Both the position numbers and the translations under genes were made by a program. From the NCBI GenBank assembly GCA_019659125.1, contig JAIFVX010000002.1, positions 94,694-158,693 of the forward strand: a stretch of 64,000 nt of DNA, read 5' to 3'. Source of the DNA: Candidatus Pacearchaeota archaeon (lineage in GTDB: Archaea > Nanobdellota > Nanobdellia > Pacearchaeales > GW2011-AR1). The notes under the pieces were generated by a model. The model was not told the origin of the DNA. It ran no database searches and saw nothing but the letters and a program-made list of their open reading frames with translations. Below, piece after piece: positions 10,422 through 19,819 of this stretch. Numbering within the stretch: position 1 is the first letter of the stretch; each line of letters starts with the position of its first letter.

Positions 10422-11534
10422 ATGAGAATACTTGAGGTGACAAACTATTCAGCTGGTGCATGCGGTGTAGGAGCCAGAGCAAAACATGAGGCCATGCTCC
10501 TTGCAAAAAAGGGATATTATGTCAGACTTTTTTCTTCCAATAGTGTGAAGGGATCGACTGAGACTGCTCCGGCTGAGGAAATGTTCCACGAGGTAAAAAT
10601 AACACGGTTCCCAGCAGTAAAACTTGGAGGGGAGAGCTTCATGAGCTGGGATTATTCCAAGGAAGCCCTTGAATTTAAGCCAGACATCATTATTGCCCAC
10701 TCATATCGACATTCTCATACAACTAAGGCTTTGGAGATAGGGAAAAAAATAGGAGCAAAAGTCTTTTTGGTAACCCATGCTCCCTTTGTGAAGGGAAATA
10801 TCACCAGAGGATTCTTTGCAAAGATAGCGGTATGGTTTTATGATACCTTCAAGGGTCCCAAGATACTTAATGGATTTGACAAGGTAATTGCCATATCACA
10901 ATGGGAGATCCCTTACTTGAAGAAGCTAGGAGTGCATGATGACAAGATTGTTTACATACCCAATGGAATTCCTGACGAATTCTTTACGAAACCTAAGAAG
11001 CCACAACGAAGCAAAATTTTGTTCTTTGGAAGAATCTCGCCTATAAAAGACTTGGAAACATTGATAGAAGCAGTCAAGATGATGAAGAACAAGGTCCGTG
11101 TTGAAATTGTAGGGCCTGCGGAAGAAGAATATAGGAAAAGACTTCAGTCACTGATTGACGCCTATGGACTGCAGAAAGATATTGTCTTTGGTGATGCTAT
11201 CTATAGTATTAAAGAGAAGATAGAAAAGATGGATTCGGCTTCCATCTTTGTCCTTCCTTCAAAAAGAGAGGCAATGCCCCAGGCGTTGATAGAGGCAATG
11301 GCACGAGAGAGAATTGTTGTCGCTAGCTACAATCAAGGAACGGCCGACATCATCGACAATGAGGTGAATGGTTACTTGTTCGAAGTCGGTAATGCGGCTG
11401 CGCTGGCACATAGGTTAGATAATGCAATCATCAATCCCATCAAAGGGATGGCTGAAAACGCTCGAAGAAGTGTTGATCAATTTAGATGGTCTCGGCTTCT
11501 TGGTAAAATTGAAAAGACTATTGGTATTGAGTAG
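10422..11534 (+). CDS. Glycosyltransferase family 4
   Basis: IPNGI, FFGRISPIK, LPSKREAMPQALIEAMA, NGYLF. Confidence 0.9.
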   Translation: MRILEVTNYSAGACGVGARAKHEAMLLAKKGYYVRLFSSNSVKGSTETAPAEEMFHEVKITRFPAVKLGGESFMSWDYSKEALEFKPDIIIAHSYRHSHTTKALEIGKKIGAKVFLVTHAPFVKGNITRGFFAKIAVWFYDTFKGPKILNGFDKVIAISQWEIPYLKKLGVHDDKIVYIPNGIPDEFFTKPKKPQRSKILFFGRISPIKDLETLIEAVKMMKNKVRVEIVGPAEEEYRKRLQSLIDAYGLQKDIVFGDAIYSIKEKIEKMDSASIFVLPSKREAMPQALIEAMARERIVVASYNQGTADIIDNEVNGYLFEVGNAAALAHRLDNAIINPIKGMAENARRSVDQFRWSRLLGKIEKTIGIE

Positions 11535-12198
11535 GATCTCTTATATTTGCCCAGTAAAATCCCTGCTTACGAAGCATGCATGCAAGACATGATCCACAGT
11601 GCATATTCTTCCCGACATAACAACTTGATGTGTTTCTAAAATCAACTTTCAACTCGTTTCCCAAGACAATAATATCTTCCTTGTCTTTTTCGATAAATGG
11701 GGCAATGACTTTAAAGGGCTTAGAGTAGGAACTTGCAAGAGCATTCATCTTTTTTAAAAAATCCTTAGTTGCATCAGGAAAGCTTTCCCTCCCTTCGCAC
11801 TTGAACCCAAGGAAAATATCATACACTCTTTTATCTTGAATAAAGAGAGAGTCTGCAAGGGATAATGCATGTGCGATAAAGAGTGGATTCCTTCCGGGAA
11901 CATACCATTTCTTGCTTTCCTTAGATGTATCTTTAAGCTTGTCAACCCTTTTTACTTTTCCTTTCTTATTGATAAGGGACGTTGATAGGTTTCTCAGCTC
12001 AGGAAGCGCCATCTCCTTGAACTCAGCCTTTAGATTTCTGGCACAGATTTTTGCACATTTCCTCTCTTGATTAAGTGACTTCTGACCATAATTGAAGAAG
12101 AGAACGATAATATTACTGTATTTCAGCTTCTTTTTTGCATAGTGGGCAGTGACCACACTGTCAAGGCCTCCTGAGCAAAGAACTATCGCATCCTTCAT
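11518..12198 (-). CDS. queC: 7-cyano-7-deazaguanine synthase (QueC family)
   Basis: PP-loop SGGLDS, FNYGQK, YVPGRN, FPD, SCY...HCGSCLACMLRKQGF Zn site. Start at ATG 12198 fits the TATA spacing. Confidence 0.88.
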   Translation of the reverse strand: MKDAIVLCSGGLDSVVTAHYAKKKLKYSNIIVLFFNYGQKSLNQERKCAKICARNLKAEFKEMALPELRNLSTSLINKKGKVKRVDKLKDTSKESKKWYVPGRNPLFIAHALSLADSLFIQDKRVYDIFLGFKCEGRESFPDATKDFLKKMNALASSYSKPFKVIAPFIEKDKEDIIVLGNELKVDFRNTSSCYVGKNMHCGSCLACMLRKQGFYWANIRDPTQYQ

Positions 12199-12219
12199 TG
12201 GAAAGGGTGTCACATAACC

Positions 12220-12227
12220 TTTATAAG
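12220..12227. promoter_or_regulatory. Bidirectional archaeal TATA box shared by queC and the mini-aIF5A/GT2 unit
   Basis: The palindrome TTATAA (12221-12226) is centred exactly between the divergent ATGs at 12198 and 12249. Confidence 0.6.
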
Positions 12228-12248
12228 TTTGTTTCATTCTCAGGAATT

Positions 12249-12434
12249 ATGAGAAAGGCAAAAGACCTTAAGAAGGGGGACTCAATCAGTATCGGAGGAG
12301 AGAAACTTGTCGTTGAATCTGTTGAAATATCAGATATAGGAAAGCAAGGCACTCAGAAATGTAGGATTGAAGCTAAAAAAAAGAATAATGAGAAAGTCAT
12401 TATCATCCGCCCCTCTGATTACCCTTTTTCATGA
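12249..12434 (+). CDS. Mini aIF5A/EF-P-like protein (N-terminal KOW/SH3 domain only, 61 aa)
   Basis: KAKDLKKGDSI...VESVEISDIGKQGTQKCRIEA resembles the aIF5A pattern 'LK.G..I..SKTGKHGSAKARI'. The stop overlaps the next ATG (ATGA). Confidence 0.7.
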   Translation: MRKAKDLKKGDSISIGGEKLVVESVEISDIGKQGTQKCRIEAKKKNNEKVIIIRPSDYPFS

Positions 12435-13333
12435 TTGACATCATCATAACTTCCTATAATGAGCCTAAGTCTACACTCCGTGCTGTTAACGCATTCTTAA
12501 AACAAGAGATTCCGGATGACTATAGGATTACTGTTGTGGACCCTTTTCCCCATGTGGGGACATTCTTGAAGAAAAACATCAAGAGTAAGAAATTCACGTT
12601 CTTCCTTGATCCGGGCGAAGGGAAAAGCTATGCATTAAATTTATTGCTGCAGGAATATGCATCAAAGAACACCAATGATCTATTCATATTGACTGATGGG
12701 GATGTTTACGTATCTGATACTGCCGTCAAAGAAATCGTAAATGCATTCAAAGACAAGAAGGTTGGCGCTGTCACAGGCAGGCCAGTATCTCTGGATAATA
12801 GAGATACAAAATATGGGTTCTGGGCGCATGTTGCATTCTCAGGCATTGATAGAGTGCGGAAGAGGCTTTCTGAACAAAAGAAATTTTTTGAGTGTTCGGG
12901 ATACTTGTTTGCAATCAGGAAGGGAGTCATCATTGATTTTCCTGTGGAGACTTCAGAGGACAGCATCATCCCCTATCTTTTCTGGAAGAAGAAATACAGA
13001 ATTGAGTATGCAAAGAATGCTGAAGTCTATGTTAAGAATCCGAGTACATGGAAGGACTGGCTGACACAGAAGGTAAGAAATATTAAGGCTCATGAGAACT
13101 TGAATGCTATTGCTCCCGGCATGCCACGGACAAAATCATTATTCAATGAAATTAAGGAAGGTGCGTTCTTTACATTGAAACAGCCAAAGAATTTCAAGCA
13201 AGCCTGGTGGATGCTCGAGCTCTATTTTGCACGATTATATATCTATTACAAGGCATTCAGTGAACTGCGGAAGAAGAGATATGCAGACGGATGGCGAGAC
13301 ATTGCAACTCCCTCTACAAAAACTCTAGATTAG
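12431..13333 (+). CDS. Glycosyltransferase family 2 (CESA-like)
   Basis: IIITSYNE, GKSYALN, LTDGD, CSGYLFAIR, SED, QKVR. Paralog of 14765..15643. Confidence 0.88.
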   Translation: MIDIIITSYNEPKSTLRAVNAFLKQEIPDDYRITVVDPFPHVGTFLKKNIKSKKFTFFLDPGEGKSYALNLLLQEYASKNTNDLFILTDGDVYVSDTAVKEIVNAFKDKKVGAVTGRPVSLDNRDTKYGFWAHVAFSGIDRVRKRLSEQKKFFECSGYLFAIRKGVIIDFPVETSEDSIIPYLFWKKKYRIEYAKNAEVYVKNPSTWKDWLTQKVRNIKAHENLNAIAPGMPRTKSLFNEIKEGAFFTLKQPKNFKQAWWMLELYFARLYIYYKAFSELRKKRYADGWRDIATPSTKTLD

Positions 13334-13738
13334 TTTTAAGACTTCCTTGATTTTGGTCTTTAGCTCATCCAATGATGTTACGATAGGCATTGAGGCTATA
13401 AGGATAGCACTGAGATATTCTAATGCGTCTTTAATGGATTCATCGGTCTTTATTCCTATCGCTGGAATGCCCTTTGCATGAGCATAGCCTAGCTCCCATG
13501 CAGTTCCTGCACCTACATGGAGGCCATCAAGGGACGCTATGACTAGTCTACAGTCCTTAAATCCCTCAATGATGTCTCCCTTGAATATTCTTTGGACGTC
13601 ATGCATTCCTTTAACGATCCCTACATCCCGATGAGGAAGAAATGTCTTTAATCCTAGTTCTTTACAGAGCACATCTATCCTTTCAAGCATTTCTTTTTCC
13701 GATTCGGTCCCTATCTTGCCGGCAATATAAACTTTCAT
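13325..13738 (-). CDS. Nucleoside 2-deoxyribosyltransferase / nucleotide N-hydrolase family
   Basis: KVYIAG, FLPHRD, IFKGD, DG...GAGTAWELGYAHAKGIP (catalytic Glu motif). Confidence 0.88.
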   Translation of the reverse strand: MKVYIAGKIGTESEKEMLERIDVLCKELGLKTFLPHRDVGIVKGMHDVQRIFKGDIIEGFKDCRLVIASLDGLHVGAGTAWELGYAHAKGIPAIGIKTDESIKDALEYLSAILIASMPIVTSLDELKTKIKEVLKLI

Positions 13739-13787
13739 GAAATTGCTTGGTAATTAACCTTAAAAAGATATTCACGCTTAGGTTTTC

Positions 13788-14768
13788 ATGAAGATTGCAG
13801 TCATAAAGCTAGGGGCAAAGGGAGATGTAGTTCGTACCCTTTCCATTCTTCCCGCACTTCATGAGAAGTACAAGAACGCGAGTATTACTTGGATCACCAA
13901 GGATAATTCACGAGATTTGTTGCAGGGAAATCCTCATATTCATGCTATTGCAACTCTTCCCTATCATGGAAAGGAAATGTTTGACATTCTCTACAATTTT
14001 GACATTGACAAGGAGGCGACAAGCCTCGCCATGCAGATTACAGCGAAAAAGAAGTATGGATTCTATGCTGAAGGAGAGTACCCTTCAGCATTTAATTTAG
14101 GAGCCGAATCCTATCTTTCAACCTTATTTGATGATGATGTAAAAAAAAGCAATAGGAAGACATATCAGGAGCTTATGTTTGAAGCTGCTGAACTGAAATA
14201 TACAAAGCAAAAGCCCCATATCTATCTCACTGAACAGGAAAAGAAGTTTGGACTTGATTTCGTTAAGAAAAATTCCTTGAAAAGAAAGATTGTTGGCATT
14301 CACATGGGAGCATCCCCTCGATGGCCGTCAAAGGCATGGCATGAATCGCACATTATGGATTTCATCACCAAGGCTTCCCAGCAGTACGATATTATCCTCT
14401 TTGGAGGGCCTGATGAAGTAAAGTCGCATGCGCATCTTCTCGAACGATTGAAGAAAGAAGGGATTACTATTCATCAAAACAATCCTAGAAACAGCGACAG
14501 AGAATTTGCCTCTCTTGTCAATATTTGCTCGTCCATGGTATGTTCGGATAGTTTTGCTCTTCACGTCTCTCTTGCCCTTGGAAAGAAAACGGTCGGATTA
14601 TTCTTCTGCACGAGCCCTTACGAGATAGAAGATTATGGCTTGCTGCATACAGTTGTTTCTCCGTTGTTTGAGAAGTTCTTTCCTGAACGCATGAACGAAT
14701 ATAACGAAGAGCTGGTAAAAAGTATTTCTGCTGACGAAGTTCTTAAGATCGTCAAAAAATCCCTATGA
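13788..14768 (+). CDS. Glycosyltransferase family 9 (heptosyltransferase-like)
   Basis: IKLGAKGDVVRT, GASPRWPSKAW, FGGPDE, SDSFALHVSLALGK. Confidence 0.88.
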   Translation: MKIAVIKLGAKGDVVRTLSILPALHEKYKNASITWITKDNSRDLLQGNPHIHAIATLPYHGKEMFDILYNFDIDKEATSLAMQITAKKKYGFYAEGEYPSAFNLGAESYLSTLFDDDVKKSNRKTYQELMFEAAELKYTKQKPHIYLTEQEKKFGLDFVKKNSLKRKIVGIHMGASPRWPSKAWHESHIMDFITKASQQYDIILFGGPDEVKSHAHLLERLKKEGITIHQNNPRNSDREFASLVNICSSMVCSDSFALHVSLALGKKTVGLFFCTSPYEIEDYGLLHTVVSPLFEKFFPERMNEYNEELVKSISADEVLKIVKKSL

Positions 14769-15643
14769 TAAGTATCGTGATAACGTCGTTCAATGAGCCA
14801 AAGACTATAGGAAAGGCGATTGGATCCTTTCTGTCTCAAAATCTCAATAATTATGAGTTGATTATCTCCGCTCCTGATGAGGAGACATTGAATATCGCGC
14901 GATCGTATGCGCGAAAGAACAGGCGGATTAAAGTTATCAGGGATAAAGGAAAAGGAAAACCTGCCGCTCTCAACCTTATCTTTAAGGTCGTAAGGGGAAG
15001 TATCATCATATTGACTGATGGTGATGTGTTTGTATCTCCCGATTCTGCAAAGAACCTTGTTAAAAGATTCAGGGACAAGACTGTAGGGGGAGTTACAGGA
15101 AGAATTCTATCAACAAATCCAAGAAATAGCCTTTTTGGATTCTGGGCATACTTTTTGACTGAAGCCTTCCATGATATGAGGATGCAGGAGGAAAAGAATA
15201 GAAAGAATGTCATCTGCTCAGGGTATCTTTACGCAATAAGAAAGGGCATCATACAAAAGATTCCTGAAGAGATAATGGCTGACGATGCATTCGTCTCTCT
15301 TGCCATCAACAAGGCAGGATTGCGAACCGTATACGAGCCTTTGGCTAAGGTCTCCGTAAAATACCCTACAAACCTTCCTGACTGGATACGGCAGAAAAAG
15401 AGAACCTCTGCCCGGTTCTATCAATTAAAGAAATATTATCCTATCTCCAAGGCACATTCCCTACGAGGAGAGATTATTTCAGGGGCTCGAGCAGCTTCCC
15501 AGCTTCGTTCACCCAAAGAGTTCTTCCTCCTTTCATTACTTGGTGTGATGAGGGCATATATATGGGGGAGAGTGTTCTTTGACGTTAGATTATGGAAGCG
15601 GGGATTCAAGAAGACCTGGGAAAGAGTTGAAAGCACGAAATAA
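14765..15643 (+). CDS. Glycosyltransferase family 2 (CESA-like)
   Basis: IVITSFNE, GKPAALN, LTDGD, CSGYLYAIR, ADD, QKKR. Confidence 0.88.
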   Translation: MISIVITSFNEPKTIGKAIGSFLSQNLNNYELIISAPDEETLNIARSYARKNRRIKVIRDKGKGKPAALNLIFKVVRGSIIILTDGDVFVSPDSAKNLVKRFRDKTVGGVTGRILSTNPRNSLFGFWAYFLTEAFHDMRMQEEKNRKNVICSGYLYAIRKGIIQKIPEEIMADDAFVSLAINKAGLRTVYEPLAKVSVKYPTNLPDWIRQKKRTSARFYQLKKYYPISKAHSLRGEIISGARAASQLRSPKEFFLLSLLGVMRAYIWGRVFFDVRLWKRGFKKTWERVESTK

Positions 15644-15677
15644 GAAGAAATAAAAAGCTTCATTTCTACCATTCTCC

Positions 15678-17267
15678 ATGGATGACGTCGAGAAGAGAAG
15701 AGAGAAACTCAAGAAGTGGCTGAAAGGAAGCTCCTCCATCTATTTGATTGCAATCCTTGTGTTTGCATTGATTCTTCGTATATACTTATTTTATAACACT
15801 GCGGGACAGACTCTCTGGTGGGACGAAGCAGAATATATGGCTACGGCAAAACACTGGGCCTTCGGTGTTCCCTATGATTTGAACCCTCAGAGACCTCCAT
15901 TATTCCAATTTCTTGCTGCAATCCTCTTTAAAGTAGGATTAGGTGAATCATTTATCAAGTTTACAATTTCCTTAATCCCTTCAGTTTTCCTTATATTTTG
16001 CATCTATCTTCTTGGAAAGGAGATGTTTGACGAAAAAATTGGATTGATTGCAGCATTCTGTGCATCGATAAGCTGGACATTCCTTTTCTGGAGTACGCGA
16101 ATGCAGCCAGACTTCCTTTCGATGTCATGCCAAACTCTCGCGGTATGGTATATGTGGAAATACTGGAAAGGAGACATGAAAGTACACTCCCTAGCAGCAC
16201 TTTCGGGAGTCTTTGTAGCGCTTGGATTTTACTTCAAGATTTCTGCATTGCTTGTTCCTATGATATTCATGGTTTTCATAGCCCTTATGGATAGATTGTC
16301 TGCATTCAAGAAAAAGGGATATTACATATTTTCAGGCGCGTTTCTTGCTACCCTTATCCCTTATTTCATCTGGTCATGGTCTACCTTTGGAAACTTATTT
16401 GCATCTAAACAGGGATACACCCCAGATTCATTGCAGTTCCCGATAGGATGGTATAATTTTAAGTTTTATTCTATGATGACTGACGGTCTTATAGGTGTTT
16501 TATTTATCCTCTTTCTTATAGGGGTAATCCTGGCATTCCGTTTCGTCCTCTACCTTGACGTGCTTGTAAAACATAAGAAGAGAGTTTTTGATCCTGGATT
16601 GTTCAGTTTGCTATCTCTTGCATTTATTTCGGCGTTCTATATATTCTACATAAAGAATACCGATGACCGTTGGGTTTTCCTTTGGATGCCTTTCATCTTT
16701 ATGCTTGTAGGAGTGGCAACCGTGTTCATTTATAAGATGATACGGCCCTATGGCAAGGCGATCGCCGTGATTGTCGTCATAGCCCTCCTCGGGTTTGCAA
16801 CTTATGGGCAGATTGTACATGCTAAGATGCTGGATGAAAACAAGAAAGGAAGTTACGCTCCTGTGAAAGATGCAAGTCTATGGATAAAAGAGAATTCTTT
16901 GCCGAATGACAAGGTACTTTCTATATCCTACACACAGAGCGTTTACTATACGGAGAGGAATGTAAGCACATACTCGACTATCTATAATACGACTGCATTT
17001 GAAGACTATCTCCAAAAGAACAAACCTCAATTCATACAAGTTTCTATCTTCGAGCCCCATCCTACCTGGATTCTACAAAGTGGAACTCAGAATGGATATC
17101 AATATGTTGCACTGCCTTATTTCAACTCCTCAATCGTCACTCAGAATGGACAGCTGGCATCACTTGACTTGAAGCCAGAAGTAAAACACGATGGTATTAC
17201 CTTCACCTTGGTCTATCCACGTGAACAGATTGACTGGGCATTTGTGTACAGGATTACTTACCAATAA
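15678..17267 (+). CDS. Membrane GT-C glycosyltransferase (ArnT/PMT-like)
   Basis: Multiple TM segments, WWDEAEY after TM1, RPPLF, LLGKEMF, QPD. Confidence 0.82.
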   Translation: MDDVEKRREKLKKWLKGSSSIYLIAILVFALILRIYLFYNTAGQTLWWDEAEYMATAKHWAFGVPYDLNPQRPPLFQFLAAILFKVGLGESFIKFTISLIPSVFLIFCIYLLGKEMFDEKIGLIAAFCASISWTFLFWSTRMQPDFLSMSCQTLAVWYMWKYWKGDMKVHSLAALSGVFVALGFYFKISALLVPMIFMVFIALMDRLSAFKKKGYYIFSGAFLATLIPYFIWSWSTFGNLFASKQGYTPDSLQFPIGWYNFKFYSMMTDGLIGVLFILFLIGVILAFRFVLYLDVLVKHKKRVFDPGLFSLLSLAFISAFYIFYIKNTDDRWVFLWMPFIFMLVGVATVFIYKMIRPYGKAIAVIVVIALLGFATYGQIVHAKMLDENKKGSYAPVKDASLWIKENSLPNDKVLSISYTQSVYYTERNVSTYSTIYNTTAFEDYLQKNKPQFIQVSIFEPHPTWILQSGTQNGYQYVALPYFNSSIVTQNGQLASLDLKPEVKHDGITFTLVYPREQIDWAFVYRITYQ

Positions 17268-17295
17268 AGTTTATTAATAGATTCTTTATAGGAAT

Positions 17296-18144
17296 TTGAT
17301 GAACTGCGTTATCTGTCAGGGAAATGTGAAACAAATCCCACTTATTCATGAAGTTTCTAGGTATACTAGAACAGCATATCCTCTTTTTGAATGCACCAAC
17401 TGCGGGCTTGCACGACCTCACCCCCTACCCTATTCTGAAACCACGAAGCTATCTATCTATGATGTCCCTGAAAATATACGATTCTTCAATAAAGAGACCA
17501 AAACTATTGAAGAATCAAGTCCAGAATATAAGTATTATTTCAGGCATTTTACGCCCTATATTGATCTTGTCAATAAGTATAACATTCAGGGATCATGCCT
17601 CGATGTCGGATGCGGTGTCGGACACCTTATGCACATGCTTGCAAGAAAAGGGCTGAATGTCGAAGGGATGGAAATAAGCCCTGATCTGGTAAGCGCTCTA
17701 AACAAAAAATTCAAAGTATATTGCGCTGAGGTAGGTGATAAAAGTATCAAGAAGAAATACGATCTCATTACCTTCAATCATGTTTTAGAACATGTTGAGC
17801 ATCCTGAATCATTCATTAAGGGAATATATAGTATGTTGAACGAGCAGGGATACATAATCTTTGCAGTTCCTTTTCTTTATGGGCTTATCCCACAGATCTT
17901 GCGCACAAAATGGTATGGACTTGGCTATGGCCAACACCTTAATTTCTTCTCAATAAAGAGTTTAAAGAACCTGCTGGAGAGAAACGGGTTTATAGTCCAT
18001 GAATTCAAGAGACTGAGTGTTGACTATGCACACCCTGCATTTCCTCGAATAATGAACACCGTTGCCCAGATGATCATGAAGGGTGTTATTGCTATGAATT
18101 GGGGCGATAATCTCTTTGTCGTGGCGCAGAGGAACGGAAAATGA
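17296..18144 (+). CDS. Class I SAM methyltransferase with N-terminal Cys4 Zn motif
   Basis: CVIC...CTNCG, LDVGCGVG, HVLEH, HLNFFS. Start may be the ATG at 17299. Confidence 0.85.
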   Translation: MMNCVICQGNVKQIPLIHEVSRYTRTAYPLFECTNCGLARPHPLPYSETTKLSIYDVPENIRFFNKETKTIEESSPEYKYYFRHFTPYIDLVNKYNIQGSCLDVGCGVGHLMHMLARKGLNVEGMEISPDLVSALNKKFKVYCAEVGDKSIKKKYDLITFNHVLEHVEHPESFIKGIYSMLNEQGYIIFAVPFLYGLIPQILRTKWYGLGYGQHLNFFSIKSLKNLLERNGFIVHEFKRLSVDYAHPAFPRIMNTVAQMIMKGVIAMNWGDNLFVVAQRNGK

Positions 18145-18836
18145 ATCTCGGTTCACTCCTTTCTAAGGCATTTGAAAAATTCCCTGAATGGCCTATAAAA
18201 AATGACATCCGATATTTTCTCGCCTTTAACAGGCTTGTACCTTCATTCGTCTCTGATCTCTCGCCAGTCAAGGGATATGAATTGAATTATCATATTAAGC
18301 CAGGAGACATTGTTGTCGATGCGGGAGCATTTACAGGAGATTATACAGTATTTGCCGCAAAAAGAGCGGGTCCTCACGGAAAAGTTCTTGCATTCGAGCC
18401 TGATGCAAAAAACAGGAAGATTCTAGCACACAATCTCAACCATGAAGGATTGAGAAATGTCATAATAATCCCAAAGGGGTTATGGAACAAGAATACAAAG
18501 CTGCAGTTCAGCGGTTCTGATGGTCTGCACTCCACTCTTCTTGCAGGCAGTAAGGAAACGTCGATTGATGTCGTTAAGCTTGATGATGAATTGAAGAAAC
18601 GGGGAATAAGAAAAGTCGACGTCATCAAGATGGATATAGAGGGGGCTGAAATAGAGGCTATTCAGGGTTCTCTCGAAACATTAAAGAAAAACAAGGTGCA
18701 TGTCATCATTGCATCATACCATATCGTTGATGGGAAAAGAACATCATACTATATTGAAGATTTCTTGAGAAAGCACGGGTATCAGGCAAAATCTGATTTT
18801 CCTAAGCATTTAACGACGTATGGCTGGAAGCCCTAA
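18141..18836 (+). CDS. FkbM-family methyltransferase
   Basis: VVDAGAFTG, AFEPD, IKMDIEGAE, ASYH. Confidence 0.88.
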   Translation: MNLGSLLSKAFEKFPEWPIKNDIRYFLAFNRLVPSFVSDLSPVKGYELNYHIKPGDIVVDAGAFTGDYTVFAAKRAGPHGKVLAFEPDAKNRKILAHNLNHEGLRNVIIIPKGLWNKNTKLQFSGSDGLHSTLLAGSKETSIDVVKLDDELKKRGIRKVDVIKMDIEGAEIEAIQGSLETLKKNKVHVIIASYHIVDGKRTSYYIEDFLRKHGYQAKSDFPKHLTTYGWKP

Positions 18837-19819
18837 CTAATATTCAGTTTTGCTTTGGTAAACGCCCATATGTATGCAACTGTTGTTGCCCATACAAGAG
18901 GTGCATGAAGAAGCCAAGCCTTATCCTTATACTTGATAAGTGGAGGAATACTTTCAACTAATGCTGGAACGAAGAGAAGGTCCTTAATGACTTGATAGAC
19001 AAAATTGACTTTCCCAAATCGCCCCCACATTCCTTGAGACCATTTGAAGACCCTATCATGGGTGGCTCCCCTGACAAAATAGTATCTTCCCCATTTGACC
19101 TTCTTTTTTAGGAAATCCCTAGCACCTGGAGTCATGAGATGATGAAGATGTGCATCTTTTACAATAGCAATATTTGCACCGTTTGGACGTGAAGCCAAGA
19201 GATACGCTACATCCACATCCCGGCTGTATCCTCCAATACTCTTTAGCGTTTTCTTCCAGAGTGTCAGGTAATATCCTCCCGTAAGAAGAAAGTCATCTTT
19301 CGTGTTGTGGCGGACATAATACTTTCCCTTATCGACCAACCTTGCCCTTCCAAGCGATATTTGCGGATCAAGCGATCCATACATGGCAAAAGGATCTGTT
19401 CCTACATAGCTCAAATATTGGTTAGTTAAATTATCCGATTTTACGACAGCCATTCTGCAGATAGCATAGGCAATGGTCTTGTCATTCATAAGAGGATAGA
19501 TCATTTTGGTAATCCAGTCTTTTTCTACAAGTGCATTATCGGAATCAATGGTAACCACGATATCTCCTTTGGCAGCGTCGCATCCTATTGATTTAGGCAT
19601 TCCTTTTCCCTCAGGATATCCTTTGACTTTTGTGAGAATGACTCTGGCTCCAAGCTTTCGTGCAACTTCAATCGTCCCATCTGTAGAATAGCTATCCACA
19701 ATAATAACCTCTATCTTATTTTTTGGATAGTCCTGCTTTCGTATGCTCTTAATAGCCCTTTCAGTAAAATCTTTGCAATTAAGGGTACAAATGACAAAAC
19801 TTACTTTAGGAAGTTTCAT
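18833..19819 (-). CDS. Glycosyltransferase family 2
   Basis: SFVICTLN, VDSYSTDGT, IDSDN. Confidence 0.87.
   Translation of the reverse strand: MKLPKVSFVICTLNCKDFTERAIKSIRKQDYPKNKIEVIIVDSYSTDGTIEVARKLGARVILTKVKGYPEGKGMPKSIGCDAAKGDIVVTIDSDNALVEKDWITKMIYPLMNDKTIAYAICRMAVVKSDNLTNQYLSYVGTDPFAMYGSLDPQISLGRARLVDKGKYYVRHNTKDDFLLTGGYYLTLWKKTLKSIGGYSRDVDVAYLLASRPNGANIAIVKDAHLHHLMTPGARDFLKKKVKWGRYYFVRGATHDRVFKWSQGMWGRFGKVNFVYQVIKDLLFVPALVESIPPLIKYKDKAWLLHAPLVWATTVAYIWAFTKAKLNIS

Noticed and set aside
11518-12198. QatABCD, CBASS type IV or Dpd defence system
   Set aside because: The QueC is canonical in size, and no QatA ATPase, TatD, cyclase or TGT/DpdA gene is adjacent.
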